The notes beneath the pieces are model-generated. The model made no database searches. It was not told the DNA's origin and worked only from the letters and a program-made list of their open reading frames with translations. Shown piece after piece: positions 18,082 to 28,120 of a stretch of 64,000 nucleotides of DNA (the first letter of the stretch is position 1; every line of letters begins with the position of its first letter). The stretch is from positions 124,001 to 188,000 of IMG/VR virus record IMGVR_UViG_3300025161_000004; one strand, given 5' to 3'. A program made the position numbers and the translations under genes.

Positions 18082-20793
18082 TTAAACCTCATCGAAATTT
18101 GCTCCAGAAGGAGTTATTGTAAATGTAATTCCAATGTATTCTACTGCTCTAGTAGGTTTAATTTGGATTTCACCATATAATTCATTTCTATCTCTAGTTT
18201 CTGGTGAATTATTTGAATCATCCATTATTATTCTGAATTCTTGTAATCCTCTTTCTCTCTTAATAGTATCCAATATTGGATTTACTTTAGATAAAAATTC
18301 GTCAATTGTAGTTTGATCATTTTGTTCGAACACCAATCTAATGGCAACGTTAGAGATTAATACCTTTAATTGTAATAATAATCTTCTAACATTTATTCTA
18401 TCTAAAGCAGATTCTCTTACCTGCAATGTCTTTTGTCCGAAAACCGCACTACCGACATCAGTAAAATCAGCAATAGGGTTGATTCTACCTTTATATAGAA
18501 TGTCTCTTGCCTCAATAGATAATTTATATTTAGCTCTTCTTGCATCTATAATACCACGCTGTAAACCAGCAGGTGCGAACCAAGGAAACTTAATATTATC
18601 GGTGAATGCAATTGCCTTACATACTTGACCTGTAGGTGGAATATACACACTTACATTATTGTCGGTATCTAAAATTTTAATCCAAGGAAAGTAGGTTGCA
18701 GTATAACTACTGTCGATATCAACGGTATCCAATAAATCAACAATATCTTCTGCAGCTACAACATCTTGTCTTTCATCTATACCAATTGGAACTGATACAT
18801 CAGGAGTATCTAATATATATAAACTATCTGCACGATCATTTTCTATCATGTCAATCACTTGCTTTACAAGACTAGTATGATCAGCAAAGTTTAAGCAAGG
18901 AGTTGCAAATAAGTTTATTGTGATTTCTTCAGGATTAGCGAAAGTATTGATAGCAGCTTCCCATGCTTGATAATCGTTAGTTGGCGTAACACCATCAGGA
19001 ACGCCATCAAAAGGACCACCTTTTCTGAATAGGTCAGTATTACTTCTTTCACTTCTATGTTCGTCCCATCCATCGAATCCACCAGCAGGAACTAAAGTAA
19101 ACTTTCTTGATTGTGGATTTGAATATGGATTCGAACTATTATTAATATCGGCTAAAGTTTGGAAGTTAGCAGCACCAACCTCAAATTCACCCATTTCGTA
19201 CACACCAGTGGCATCAATATCCATGTGGAAACCTTTTGATTTAGTCAAGTCGTTAGATACTCCAATAAAATTAAACAGATTCTGATTAATTCCAGTACCC
19301 CTTAATGATACACCATCATAACCTCTTTCAGATATACCGAGATATGTTCTATTAATTCTATCATCTGGTAAGTATGATGTTTTATAAAATATCTTTGGTG
19401 CAATACCAGTTGGCCCGAAATTAGGTTGCTTATAACCTTCAAAACCTGCAGGGAATGCATCTTCTGGAGCATCCTCTGCGATTTCAAGCATAATATATTT
19501 GCTCTTCAAATCGTAATCACCATTAGCTGTACCAATTCTGTTACCGACATAACCAGTTTCAGTTTTTCTCATTGTACATCTCTGAAACGTTTCTAAAACT
19601 CTTATGTTATCGTCAGTATCATTAAAATCACGAATTATAACATCAAACTCTTTAGTTACTGGATTGATATTAGCAATAGTAATTTTAATTTCTTTGTTAG
19701 CCGAATTACCATCAGAAATTGAAATACACTTGAAAAGTTTTTCGATTCTATTACCACGCAATTCGGAAACAATCCAAGGTGTCTCAGGAGTCTGATATTG
19801 ATATCTGTAGTTAGTAAACATATCAGATGTTAATGTTAATACTGAACTATTAACACCATACGCTAATGAATCAGCATCTAATTTTTTTATTAAATCAGGG
19901 AATACTGATTCAACATATAATCTTGTATTCTTTCCTTTTGGTTTGTCACCCAATACATTAACAATATAATCTCTCGAATTAGGATTTAGAGATACAACAT
20001 ACGTTTCTGCACTCGTAGAACCTGTAATAGCTGTATTAATTGCTTTTATAGTAAATTGACCAAACAAATTACCAGTACCAGTATTAGTAGCGTTTGCTGA
20101 GATTTCCACTAAGTCGGCTTCAAAATTGGTTACTGGCGCAACACCATCTTCGTCTTTGACGGTAGCTCTTGATCTTAATACAGCAAGAACCATGTTTTCA
20201 TAATTAGGATTAGAAATAGCATTCAAAGTATATGCTGTATAGTTAAGAGTACCACTACCATTACTCAATAACGAAGTAACTTCATAAACATACTTTACAC
20301 CAGTAAAGGTTGTCGGACTTACTTTAGTAAATCCACTAAATATTGTACCAGTTTGTCCGTTACTTGAAATTACTTCACCAAGGTAAGAGAAATTTGTGAA
20401 TGAAACACCTGTTAGAGTATTTGTTGTGCCAGTAGTGATGGTGTCACCACTAACACCAGCACTTAAAGTAATTGCCCAAGCAGTCCCAGCATCATATCCA
20501 GATAACCCTAATACTCTTGTGACATATAATTGTGATGATTCTTCCAAGTATGCATTTGCATAGTAAGGAAGTATATATCTTAAATTACCTGTTTGAAATC
20601 TTTCTACACTTTGAGAACCAAATCTTTCTCTGAACTGACCTTTATCTTGAATGAATGTGGGTTCAAAGGCAGGTCCTTTTTGTGTTTCTCCAACAAGACC
20701 TAAAGTAGTTACACCAACATTTCTAGTTACAAATGATAAATCTCTCTCTCTGAATTTAACCCCAGGTGAGGTAAATATGAAACCATGTGCCAT
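18082..20793 (-). CDS. gp18: Contractile tail sheath protein (T4 gp18-like)
   Basis: SPGVKFRERDLS start; PWFAPAGLQRG, LYKGRINPI, GQKTLQ, RINVRRLL, FEQND C-terminal motifs. Confidence 0.95.
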   Translation of the reverse strand: MAHGFIFTSPGVKFRERDLSFVTRNVGVTTLGLVGETQKGPAFEPTFIQDKGQFRERFGSQSVERFQTGNLRYILPYYANAYLEESSQLYVTRVLGLSGYDAGTAWAITLSAGVSGDTITTGTTNTLTGVSFTNFSYLGEVISSNGQTGTIFSGFTKVSPTTFTGVKYVYEVTSLLSNGSGTLNYTAYTLNAISNPNYENMVLAVLRSRATVKDEDGVAPVTNFEADLVEISANATNTGTGNLFGQFTIKAINTAITGSTSAETYVVSLNPNSRDYIVNVLGDKPKGKNTRLYVESVFPDLIKKLDADSLAYGVNSSVLTLTSDMFTNYRYQYQTPETPWIVSELRGNRIEKLFKCISISDGNSANKEIKITIANINPVTKEFDVIIRDFNDTDDNIRVLETFQRCTMRKTETGYVGNRIGTANGDYDLKSKYIMLEIAEDAPEDAFPAGFEGYKQPNFGPTGIAPKIFYKTSYLPDDRINRTYLGISERGYDGVSLRGTGINQNLFNFIGVSNDLTKSKGFHMDIDATGVYEMGEFEVGAANFQTLADINNSSNPYSNPQSRKFTLVPAGGFDGWDEHRSERSNTDLFRKGGPFDGVPDGVTPTNDYQAWEAAINTFANPEEITINLFATPCLNFADHTSLVKQVIDMIENDRADSLYILDTPDVSVPIGIDERQDVVAAEDIVDLLDTVDIDSSYTATYFPWIKILDTDNNVSVYIPPTGQVCKAIAFTDNIKFPWFAPAGLQRGIIDARRAKYKLSIEARDILYKGRINPIADFTDVGSAVFGQKTLQVRESALDRINVRRLLLQLKVLISNVAIRLVFEQNDQTTIDEFLSKVNPILDTIKRERGLQEFRIIMDDSNNSPETRDRNELYGEIQIKPTRAVEYIGITFTITPSGANFDEV

Positions 20794-20865
20794 CTTCGAT
20801 ATTTTTATTTTATATATTTAAATTATTCTATTTAATTTTATTCCTACTCCACAGTAGATTTTTTT

Positions 20866-20918
20866 ATAAATACTTCCTATTTTCTCAAAAACAAGAAATA
20901 AATCAGTTAAGTATTTAT
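20866..20918. promoter_or_regulatory. Divergent pair of late promoter motifs (20866-20873 minus; 20911-20918 plus)
   Basis: GTATTTAT on the sense strand of each flanking gene. Confidence 0.65.
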
Positions 20919-20941
20919 AAATTGCTATAATCTGGATTTCC

Positions 20942-23026
20942 ATGAATAAGTCACAAAGAATAAAAGCAACTTTAGATGGAAGTGATAAATACATACAGGT
21001 AAAACTTGAGCAAAATGTTGATTTTTTAGAGATTTTATCACTAAAAATTGACCAACAACAAGCATATCAAAATTTTAATTCTGACTATGGAGTATTGGTT
21101 GGTAGAGTAATTGCAAATGATGGTATAGGTGTTCCAAATGTTAAAATTTCTATATTTATACCTTTATCTGATGAAGATGAATTGAATCCTAAAATAAAAG
21201 CAATCTACCCATATAAATCACCTCAAGATAAAAATGTTGATGGTAAAAGATATAATTTATTACCACGTGTAGCAACCAAATCAGCTGATGGAACATATAA
21301 ACCAGTTCAACCTTTTGGAAGTTTTCCTCCGAAGGAGGAAATACTTACAAATGAGACTTATTTAGAGGTATATGAAAAATATTATAGATATACAACAGTA
21401 ACGAATAATTCTGGAGATTACATGTTATTTGGTGTTCCTGTAGGAATACAAACAGTTCATATGTCAGTTGATATAACTGATATTGGACAATTTTCAATGA
21501 CACCCGCATCAATGATAAGTCAATTAGGTTATTCGCCTAATTTATTTATTAATAATTCGATTATAAAACCATCTAATGATTTATCTGATTTACCAAATAT
21601 TGAAACACAGGAAATTTCTGTTGAAATAAGACCATTTTGGGGTGATACTGAAAATTATGAAATTGGAATTACAAGACAAGATTTTAGAATTCGTGCTGTT
21701 TTAGTTAGTACTTTTACTATATTTGGTCATGCATTTACTGATGCTTATTATGCGGCATGGGGTTGGAGTGGTGAATTAAATAGAATGCAAGCAAATCAAG
21801 ATCCTAATATTGAATTTACAAATACAGCAGATAGATATAGATATAATTTAGACATTGAATCTAAAAGACAAGGGATATTCGATATATCAGTATTTTACTA
21901 TCCAAATACTGTTACTGATGATAAAATCAATAGTGGTGATATTGATACGATGAGAGATATACTTCTATTAGATAAATCACAGTATAGCGAAATATTAGAT
22001 GATGGTTTATTTATTTTAAATATACCATGTAATAGAAGAAAAAAAATACTAAATGAGTTTGGAGAATTAGTTGATACGACAGATGATAATCCAAATGGAA
22101 TTTTTACGGAATTCAAAGGATTCATTACTATCAAGTATGGTGAAGATTTAGATAATTATGAAAAACGTAGTTCTAACGATGGGAATAGAATTGATATTGT
22201 AAGAATTAAAATACCTCAATCATCACCAATAATAGGTAATGACTCTCCTTTAGTTGCGCCAACATATGAAAGAGGAGTTACTATTAGTAATCCGAATGGT
22301 ACTAGTAATAGTAGACTAAGAAATGAGATATGGCGAAAACAGTATTATACTTTTAAATTTGGTAAAATATATAGTATAACAAAATTTCATGGTACAGTTT
22401 ATGGTACTGGCAGTGGTAATATAACACATCCTGATGGTAGTAATATTGATATTTTATCAAATAGAGCATATGGAATTGTCAATAATAAAACAGCGAATCC
22501 TGCACGTAATTCTGGTTGTATAATTGTTGGATCATCTACTGGTGAAACATATGGTATGGTTACTAACGCAACCAATGTACCAATTAACTATTCAAATATT
22601 AATGCAAATGCATCTGATCCTAAAGTAAATGTTTTTGCTGCAGAATGGTTAAACTTAGGTATGTATCTTCCACAATTTAAAATAACAACAGCAGGTATTA
22701 CTGATATATCAGACAACGTTACGCCATATAAAAATAATGTTTCCGGTATGGTTAGAAGTAATACACAATTAGTTGCAGGTGGTGTTTTTGATACAAGTAT
22801 GTTTTTAAGATCAGATTTTCACCCAACGTCATTCATTGAAGTACCAAGAGAAGATTTAGTGAAAATGGCTAATACTCCAAATAGGGGATTTACAACAAAT
22901 AACTTTATTGGCAATCCTTTAATTGGTAATTACTCTGGAACTACATCAATAAAATATTTTTTTAAAGGTATAGGTGAAAGGGACTCCATTCAATTTCTAA
23001 TTGATAATGGTATTATATCAGTATAA
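20942..23026 (+). CDS. Probable baseplate/tail structural protein
   Basis: GVLVGRVIANDGIGVPNVKISIF beta-sandwich-like N-terminus; late motif upstream. Confidence 0.6.
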   Translation: MNKSQRIKATLDGSDKYIQVKLEQNVDFLEILSLKIDQQQAYQNFNSDYGVLVGRVIANDGIGVPNVKISIFIPLSDEDELNPKIKAIYPYKSPQDKNVDGKRYNLLPRVATKSADGTYKPVQPFGSFPPKEEILTNETYLEVYEKYYRYTTVTNNSGDYMLFGVPVGIQTVHMSVDITDIGQFSMTPASMISQLGYSPNLFINNSIIKPSNDLSDLPNIETQEISVEIRPFWGDTENYEIGITRQDFRIRAVLVSTFTIFGHAFTDAYYAAWGWSGELNRMQANQDPNIEFTNTADRYRYNLDIESKRQGIFDISVFYYPNTVTDDKINSGDIDTMRDILLLDKSQYSEILDDGLFILNIPCNRRKKILNEFGELVDTTDDNPNGIFTEFKGFITIKYGEDLDNYEKRSSNDGNRIDIVRIKIPQSSPIIGNDSPLVAPTYERGVTISNPNGTSNSRLRNEIWRKQYYTFKFGKIYSITKFHGTVYGTGSGNITHPDGSNIDILSNRAYGIVNNKTANPARNSGCIIVGSSTGETYGMVTNATNVPINYSNINANASDPKVNVFAAEWLNLGMYLPQFKITTAGITDISDNVTPYKNNVSGMVRSNTQLVAGGVFDTSMFLRSDFHPTSFIEVPREDLVKMANTPNRGFTTNNFIGNPLIGNYSGTTSIKYFFKGIGERDSIQFLIDNGIISV

Positions 23027-23028
23027 AA

Positions 23029-23055
23029 AAAATACTCTGAAATTCAGAGCATTTT
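23029..23055. terminator. Bidirectional terminator
   Basis: AAAATACTCTGA-aat-TCAGAGCATTTT between convergent genes. Confidence 0.65.
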
Positions 23056-23075
23056 AATTTTATTAAAAAATGATT

Positions 23076-23570
23076 TTATTTTGTAAATGTCCACTTACCC
23101 TTTGAACCATTAATTTGTTGTGCTACAACTGAAGAGCCATTAAAATCCTTTGCTGGAGTAATAAGTTCAAAATTAAATGTTGTTGCTTGAATTAATGTAA
23201 TTCTAATTTTACCATTAACTTCTGTCACAGTATAATCAGAAATACCTGTGATTCCAAGACAAGTATTAATCAATTCAACTTGATTTTCATTAATGAAATG
23301 GAAATCAATATTTCCAACATCTACTGCATTTTGTATCCATGTGGGATATGATGATTTACTACATTCACCATTATATATGATGGTGACCCCATCCTTAGTT
23401 AGTTCGTTAGATACAAAATTCCAATATGAACCAGCAATACCTTCTTTTACCAAATCCAAGTCAGTTTTTTGGGGTGCAGGGTCTTCACTTTTATCTCCAC
23501 AAGAAGATAATCCGAGCGCAAATACTAAGGCTAAAAAGCCCAAAATCATTGTTTTCATTGTATTTTTCAT
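23076..23570 (-). CDS. Lipoprotein (Bacteroidetes-style, lipocalin-like)
   Basis: Signal peptide II with lipobox LSSC followed by GDKSEDPAP; G-x-W motif (AGSYW). Confidence 0.8.
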   Translation of the reverse strand: MKNTMKTMILGFLALVFALGLSSCGDKSEDPAPQKTDLDLVKEGIAGSYWNFVSNELTKDGVTIIYNGECSKSSYPTWIQNAVDVGNIDFHFINENQVELINTCLGITGISDYTVTEVNGKIRITLIQATTFNFELITPAKDFNGSSVVAQQINGSKGKWTFTK

Positions 23571-23581
23571 ATTTTTTTATC

Positions 23582-23613
23582 ATATTATACGACAATGATG
23601 TTTATTTGGTTAT
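23582..23613 (-). promoter_or_regulatory. Promoter ATAACCA-N14-TCGTATAATAT (copy 1)
   Basis: Identical boxes and spacing at 56113-56144. Confidence 0.6.
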
Positions 23614-23668
23614 GAAATTCATATTTTCTGAGTATATCTATTTATATTAATACGAATTATCATTATAT

Positions 23669-24799
23669 ATGGATATTCAGAAAAGAGTTCAATTAGGAGA
23701 AAAAAAATATGAGGGTGCTGTTAATGTCGATTATTATCAACAGCTATCTTTAAGTAACGAAAAAAAACCATTAATTGAGTATGATATTAGAAATGTTCTT
23801 GATGTTAGTGACGTTTTTTATAATGAAAGACAACAATGTGAATCATATAGGATTTATGGTAGAATTGAATATTTGTCACTATTAAATGGATTAAAAAACA
23901 CATATAATAATTTAATTGATTTTTTTTCGCCACAAAAAAGTAATAGTAAAAACATATTTAATTCATTTGATTGGTATTTACTTATTAATTCAACGGGTTA
24001 TACATCTCTAGGGTCTAATAGATATGTTAGAAACTATAAAGTAATTTCAAAATTAAATGATATTGATATTTATAAATCAGGTTTTTCAGTAAATATATAT
24101 AATGAACAACAATACGCTTTCAATTTTAAAACAGAAATAAATGTCGGTGGGTTGCTTGATGCACTACATTTCCCAATAACCGAGGTTTACTTATATCCAG
24201 TATATAAAATAGATGAAGTTAAACCTGAATTGATGCAAAGACTAACATTTCCTTCAGGTATTAAAACCTTATTTACATATGATTCATTAAATGGGTATAA
24301 TATTGGTGATATCATCTATGGTGATTATATTGAATATGATAGCGACAATTATAGATATTATGTAATATCTGCGCAAACATATTTTATAACATGCCCATAT
24401 AATAATAACACCAAACAATTGGTTTTTAAATATAATCCATTTTATAAGATACCATTAAATGTTTTCTCTAATGAAGTTGAACAGGTAAATATTTCTGGTA
24501 CTTCATATGAAGATATAGTCAGAATACCATACTATGCAATTCCATCGAGTGCGAATGATGGTAATTATGTTTGGAGAGATATTTTACCTAAAGGTTTCTC
24601 CGATCCAATTAATGGGCAGGGAGTAAATTTCCCTTTTGTAAATCAAAAACATTATGTATTTAATAGCTACTTATTATCTATAATACCTGATTTAAATCAT
24701 GAGAATACTGCTCAGGTATTTAGCCAAATAAAGTACAAAGATAATCAAAAACTATATAGTAGCACAAATACACTATCTAACTTAAGTAAACTATGTTGA
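23669..24799 (+). CDS. Probable tail/baseplate structural protein
   Basis: Tyr/Asn-rich; late motif CTATTTAT at 23638-23645. Confidence 0.6.
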   Translation: MDIQKRVQLGEKKYEGAVNVDYYQQLSLSNEKKPLIEYDIRNVLDVSDVFYNERQQCESYRIYGRIEYLSLLNGLKNTYNNLIDFFSPQKSNSKNIFNSFDWYLLINSTGYTSLGSNRYVRNYKVISKLNDIDIYKSGFSVNIYNEQQYAFNFKTEINVGGLLDALHFPITEVYLYPVYKIDEVKPELMQRLTFPSGIKTLFTYDSLNGYNIGDIIYGDYIEYDSDNYRYYVISAQTYFITCPYNNNTKQLVFKYNPFYKIPLNVFSNEVEQVNISGTSYEDIVRIPYYAIPSSANDGNYVWRDILPKGFSDPINGQGVNFPFVNQKHYVFNSYLLSIIPDLNHENTAQVFSQIKYKDNQKLYSSTNTLSNLSKLC

Positions 24800-25560
24800 A
24801 GTTTCAAAAACATAAAATACGTCAAACAGGTAATGATCAAAACATATTAATTAATCTATCAAGTAGAAATAATCATACTGGGTTGACCGACGGGCTTAGT
24901 AATTTTATTGAAGAAAAAACAGGATTGTCAATTAACCCTGCAAAAGATAAAGAAGTGATTAGGTTTCAATCAATAAGTAATATTGCATATTATTTTAATT
25001 TTTATAATACAGGAACGACATCATATGGTTTAACACTAGAAAATGCAGGGTTTACAGTAAATGATTTTAACAGAAATAATATTATCAAAAGCTATTATAT
25101 ATTACAAGTATATGATTCAATAAAATCAGAATCCCAAAAATTGTTATATACTGGATTTTTAGGTTTATATAATTATCCTACAGGATTTTCAACAATTTAT
25201 AACTTACCCATTGATAGGGAGTTTAATAATATATTTTTAAATGTAGACGATTTAGATAATCTAACTAGTGATAGTGTTTATATTAAACTAAGTTTTTTTA
25301 ATGCAAAAAAAGGTAAACAGCAATTATTTTTTAATGTATCTAAAATTTCAGATACTACAGAAAATATATTTTATTTTGATTGTACTATTAATAAAACCAA
25401 TAGAACGTTTGATGTTGGTGTAACTTTAAATGCGAGAGAATTTATTAATTATAATTATGTAAGTAAAATTAACGAAAATCTTAATATTTTACTTGAAGAA
25501 AAAGTAATATATCCTACTGGTGGGACTGCTTTAAGTGGAAATACGTATTTTGTACCATAA
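24793..25560 (+). CDS. Probable structural protein
   Basis: Coupled to the previous gene; Asn/Thr/Tyr-rich. Confidence 0.6.
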   Translation: MLKFQKHKIRQTGNDQNILINLSSRNNHTGLTDGLSNFIEEKTGLSINPAKDKEVIRFQSISNIAYYFNFYNTGTTSYGLTLENAGFTVNDFNRNNIIKSYYILQVYDSIKSESQKLLYTGFLGLYNYPTGFSTIYNLPIDREFNNIFLNVDDLDNLTSDSVYIKLSFFNAKKGKQQLFFNVSKISDTTENIFYFDCTINKTNRTFDVGVTLNAREFINYNYVSKINENLNILLEEKVIYPTGGTALSGNTYFVP

Positions 25561-25589
25561 TACATGTATTTATATAAAATTATACTAAT

Positions 25590-26345
25590 ATGAAAAGAAT
25601 ATACACGCTTGATGAGCAAATAAAAAGAATGAAACAATTATCTACCTATAATAAGTCATTAGGTAAATATCAATTTCTTAATGAAGATGCTCCCAATAAT
25701 ATTGGCGGAGGTCAATCTGCTAAACAACAAGGACAAGTCACGCCTGATCAGAACATAGATCAAATATTGGATAATCCACAATTCGACCAAGAATTAAATA
25801 AGGCAATGGCTAAAATTATTCAAGCATTACCTACAGATTTGAAAAGGGTTGCTACAACAACAGGTGACAGGGATGGTCAACTAGAAGTAGAACAAGAACA
25901 AAAAGAATTGGTGGTTAATGAAGGTTTATTAATGGCAGCTGGTGCTGTATTAGCTGTACCTAAAATTATCGAATTAATGGGTCAAGGACTTAATAAATTA
26001 GGTATTAAAGTTAATGCACAAACCCTACAAAAGGTTGGAAATAAAATGTCACAGTTTGGACACGCAATACATAATAAATATATTGATGCAATAGAGACAA
26101 TATTAAAACCAATTACTGGTTATATGGATGATGAACAAAGACATCAATTGGCAGGTACTATATTAACTATGATTGTTGCTGGATTAGGTGTTGTTTCAAT
26201 ACATGGTGCAATTACAGCAGCGCAAGCTGGTCATACTGCATTAGCAACAGCTGAAGGTGGTTTATCTGCAATCAAAGGTTTAGAATTAGCTGAAAAAGTC
26301 AGAGAATTATTACCTGCTGCATTACAAGCTGGTGGTGCTGCATAA
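25590..26345 (+). CDS. Putative internal head/ejection protein with hydrophobic helices
   Basis: Late motif at 25566-25573; N-terminal EQIKRMKQL motif; LNE/VNE sites; Ala/Gly-rich hydrophobic C-half. Confidence 0.55.
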   Translation: MKRIYTLDEQIKRMKQLSTYNKSLGKYQFLNEDAPNNIGGGQSAKQQGQVTPDQNIDQILDNPQFDQELNKAMAKIIQALPTDLKRVATTTGDRDGQLEVEQEQKELVVNEGLLMAAGAVLAVPKIIELMGQGLNKLGIKVNAQTLQKVGNKMSQFGHAIHNKYIDAIETILKPITGYMDDEQRHQLAGTILTMIVAGLGVVSIHGAITAAQAGHTALATAEGGLSAIKGLELAEKVRELLPAALQAGGAA

Positions 26346-26394
26346 TTTAATTTGAAAATAAAAATCTTATTTTTTATTTACATAATAAACGTTT

Positions 26395-26402
26395 TATATT
26401 TG
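26395..26402 (+). promoter_or_regulatory. Bacteroidetes -7 element TATATTTG(CA)
   Basis: Upstream of the 61-aa ORF. Confidence 0.55.
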
Positions 26403-26458
26403 CAACCGTTAGCGGTCATTTTTGAAACACGAAATTATAAATTAAAAATAAATTTGAT

Positions 26459-26644
26459 ATGAAAAACAAACTTTCGATTAAGCAGAGAATTAAGGCGTGT
26501 TTCACATTGCTTGTTAGCGGTTCGTTACCATCGTGGTGGTGGAGCGACTTATCTGACAAATTTTATGAAAGCAAAATAGCACATGACTATAAAGATGGTA
26601 AAATTGATTATAGAACTATAAGGGTATGGTTTTTGAAGCTATGA
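26459..26644 (+). CDS. Small hypothetical protein, locally GC-rich
   Basis: 61-aa ORF with host-type promoter and A-rich leader. Confidence 0.65.
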   Translation: MKNKLSIKQRIKACFTLLVSGSLPSWWWSDLSDKFYESKIAHDYKDGKIDYRTIRVWFLKL

Positions 26645-26648
26645 AATA

Positions 26649-27416
26649 TCATCTTATTTTATAAGAAATCTTAAGTGGTCTGGTAGTTTTAATTACTTCA
26701 AATTCTTTTTCATTCTGAATATAACCTTGAACTTTAAGTTTATATGCAGTAACAAAATACCTATCACCATCGATGTTTTGTACAGTATTTTCTTCACTAA
26801 TCTCGTCTAATAATACTGGAAATGGAACTCCCTTGACGAAAACATATGCTTGTCTACTAGCAAAATTTCTTAGTGTTTTTTCATCATACTCATTTATGTC
26901 AACAATATATTTGGCAAATAATCTAACATCATAAGTTAAATCAACATTTACAGGTTCAGGAATTTTAATTCTATAATTAATTATAACACCATCATCCAAT
27001 ACGGGAACATCAATGTATCTGAATGTTTTACCCTGTGCAATTCTCCATTTAGTACCTAATCGAGTACCTTGCTCTTTTGCAAATCGCCTAACAGTTATAA
27101 ACGGAGTCAATATATTTTTATCCTTGTCAGTATATTTCCAAGTTTGTGAGAATTCCCCCCATCTTTCATTATCCAACCAAATAACAGGTACATCCTTACC
27201 ATCTATTACTAATTTCATTTCACCCTTTTCAACATATTCATATGCGGCTAAATCAATATCCTCCAATTTTATTGTGTATGGAAAATACTTTGTTTTATTA
27301 TCAGTTTGGCGCATTAATTCCTCTACTCTATCTGCTCCAAATTTAAGGAATTCCCTTCCTATCTTTGGCGGATCTATATTTACTGGAATTTTTTCTTTTT
27401 TTCTCGGTAATGCCAT
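26649..27416 (-). CDS. Tail terminator / sheath stabiliser, T4 gp15-like
   Basis: IKLEDIDLA...ERW...PFITVRR...PVNVDLTYDV; late motif at 27432-27439. Confidence 0.7.
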   Translation of the reverse strand: MALPRKKEKIPVNIDPPKIGREFLKFGADRVEELMRQTDNKTKYFPYTIKLEDIDLAAYEYVEKGEMKLVIDGKDVPVIWLDNERWGEFSQTWKYTDKDKNILTPFITVRRFAKEQGTRLGTKWRIAQGKTFRYIDVPVLDDGVIINYRIKIPEPVNVDLTYDVRLFAKYIVDINEYDEKTLRNFASRQAYVFVKGVPFPVLLDEISEENTVQNIDGDRYFVTAYKLKVQGYIQNEKEFEVIKTTRPLKISYKIR

Positions 27417-27441
27417 TCTTATATATTTTTTATAAATACTC

Positions 27442-27472
27442 TTTACAAGTAATTTAAATTTTTATATATTTG
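27442..27472 (+). promoter_or_regulatory. Bacteroidetes-type promoter TTTA-N19-TATATTTG
   Basis: Drives the KTSC-phhA operon; shares TTTACAAG with the promoter at 166-196. Confidence 0.7.
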
Positions 27473-27477
27473 TAATT

Positions 27478-27828
27478 ATGTTATTAAAAAGAGTCGTACA
27501 ATTAGATGATAATGGTGTTGAAGATGTTATTGAGGCAATATATGATTCATCTAACTTATTAAAAACCACATACTTACCTAAACAACAAATCCTATATATT
27601 TACTTTAAAAAGGGAGTTGTATATTCGTATTATAATGTAGATAAGGCGGTCTATACTGAATTTGAAACCGCAGAATCTCAGGGCACATATCACAATAAAA
27701 ACTTTAAGAATAATAACAAATATCCCTATTCTAAAGAATTTAAAATGTTGAATTTTGAGATTCAAAATATTAATGAAGAGATTGAAGAAGCGTTAAAAAA
27801 TAAATTAAGCCAATCAAATAATGGTTGA
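27478..27828 (+). CDS. KTSC domain protein
   Basis: SSNLLKTTY...LYIYFKKGVVYSYYNV...F..AESQGTYHN. Confidence 0.8.
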   Translation: MLLKRVVQLDDNGVEDVIEAIYDSSNLLKTTYLPKQQILYIYFKKGVVYSYYNVDKAVYTEFETAESQGTYHNKNFKNNNKYPYSKEFKMLNFEIQNINEEIEEALKNKLSQSNNG

Positions 27829-28120
27829 CGAACAGCATTTATTAAATCAGATTAAATTATTGAAAATGGCTCTTGAGTTTTATGCTGAAGAAGCTAATTA
27901 TGTCAATAATCAAATTTTTAATGATAAAGGATTTATTGCAAGAAACACCCTAGATAGATTATCTATTTTAAATAATGAAATTAGACAATCTCAAGAGTTA
28001 TTCGATAAAATACAGAAAATAAAAACTGATAATAATATCGATGATACTGGTATTAGTGATACGGATTTAATAAATATTTTAGGAAAATTAGATGAATTAA
28101 ATAACAAACTAAATACATGA
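27821..28120 (+). CDS. Hypothetical protein
   Basis: Coupled ORF. Confidence 0.65.
   Translation: MVDEQHLLNQIKLLKMALEFYAEEANYVNNQIFNDKGFIARNTLDRLSILNNEIRQSQELFDKIQKIKTDNNIDDTGISDTDLINILGKLDELNNKLNT

Noticed and set aside
527-23026. eCIS, tailocin or T6SS locus
   Set aside because: Capsid, portal, protease, terminase and neck genes are present, so this is a complete myovirus.
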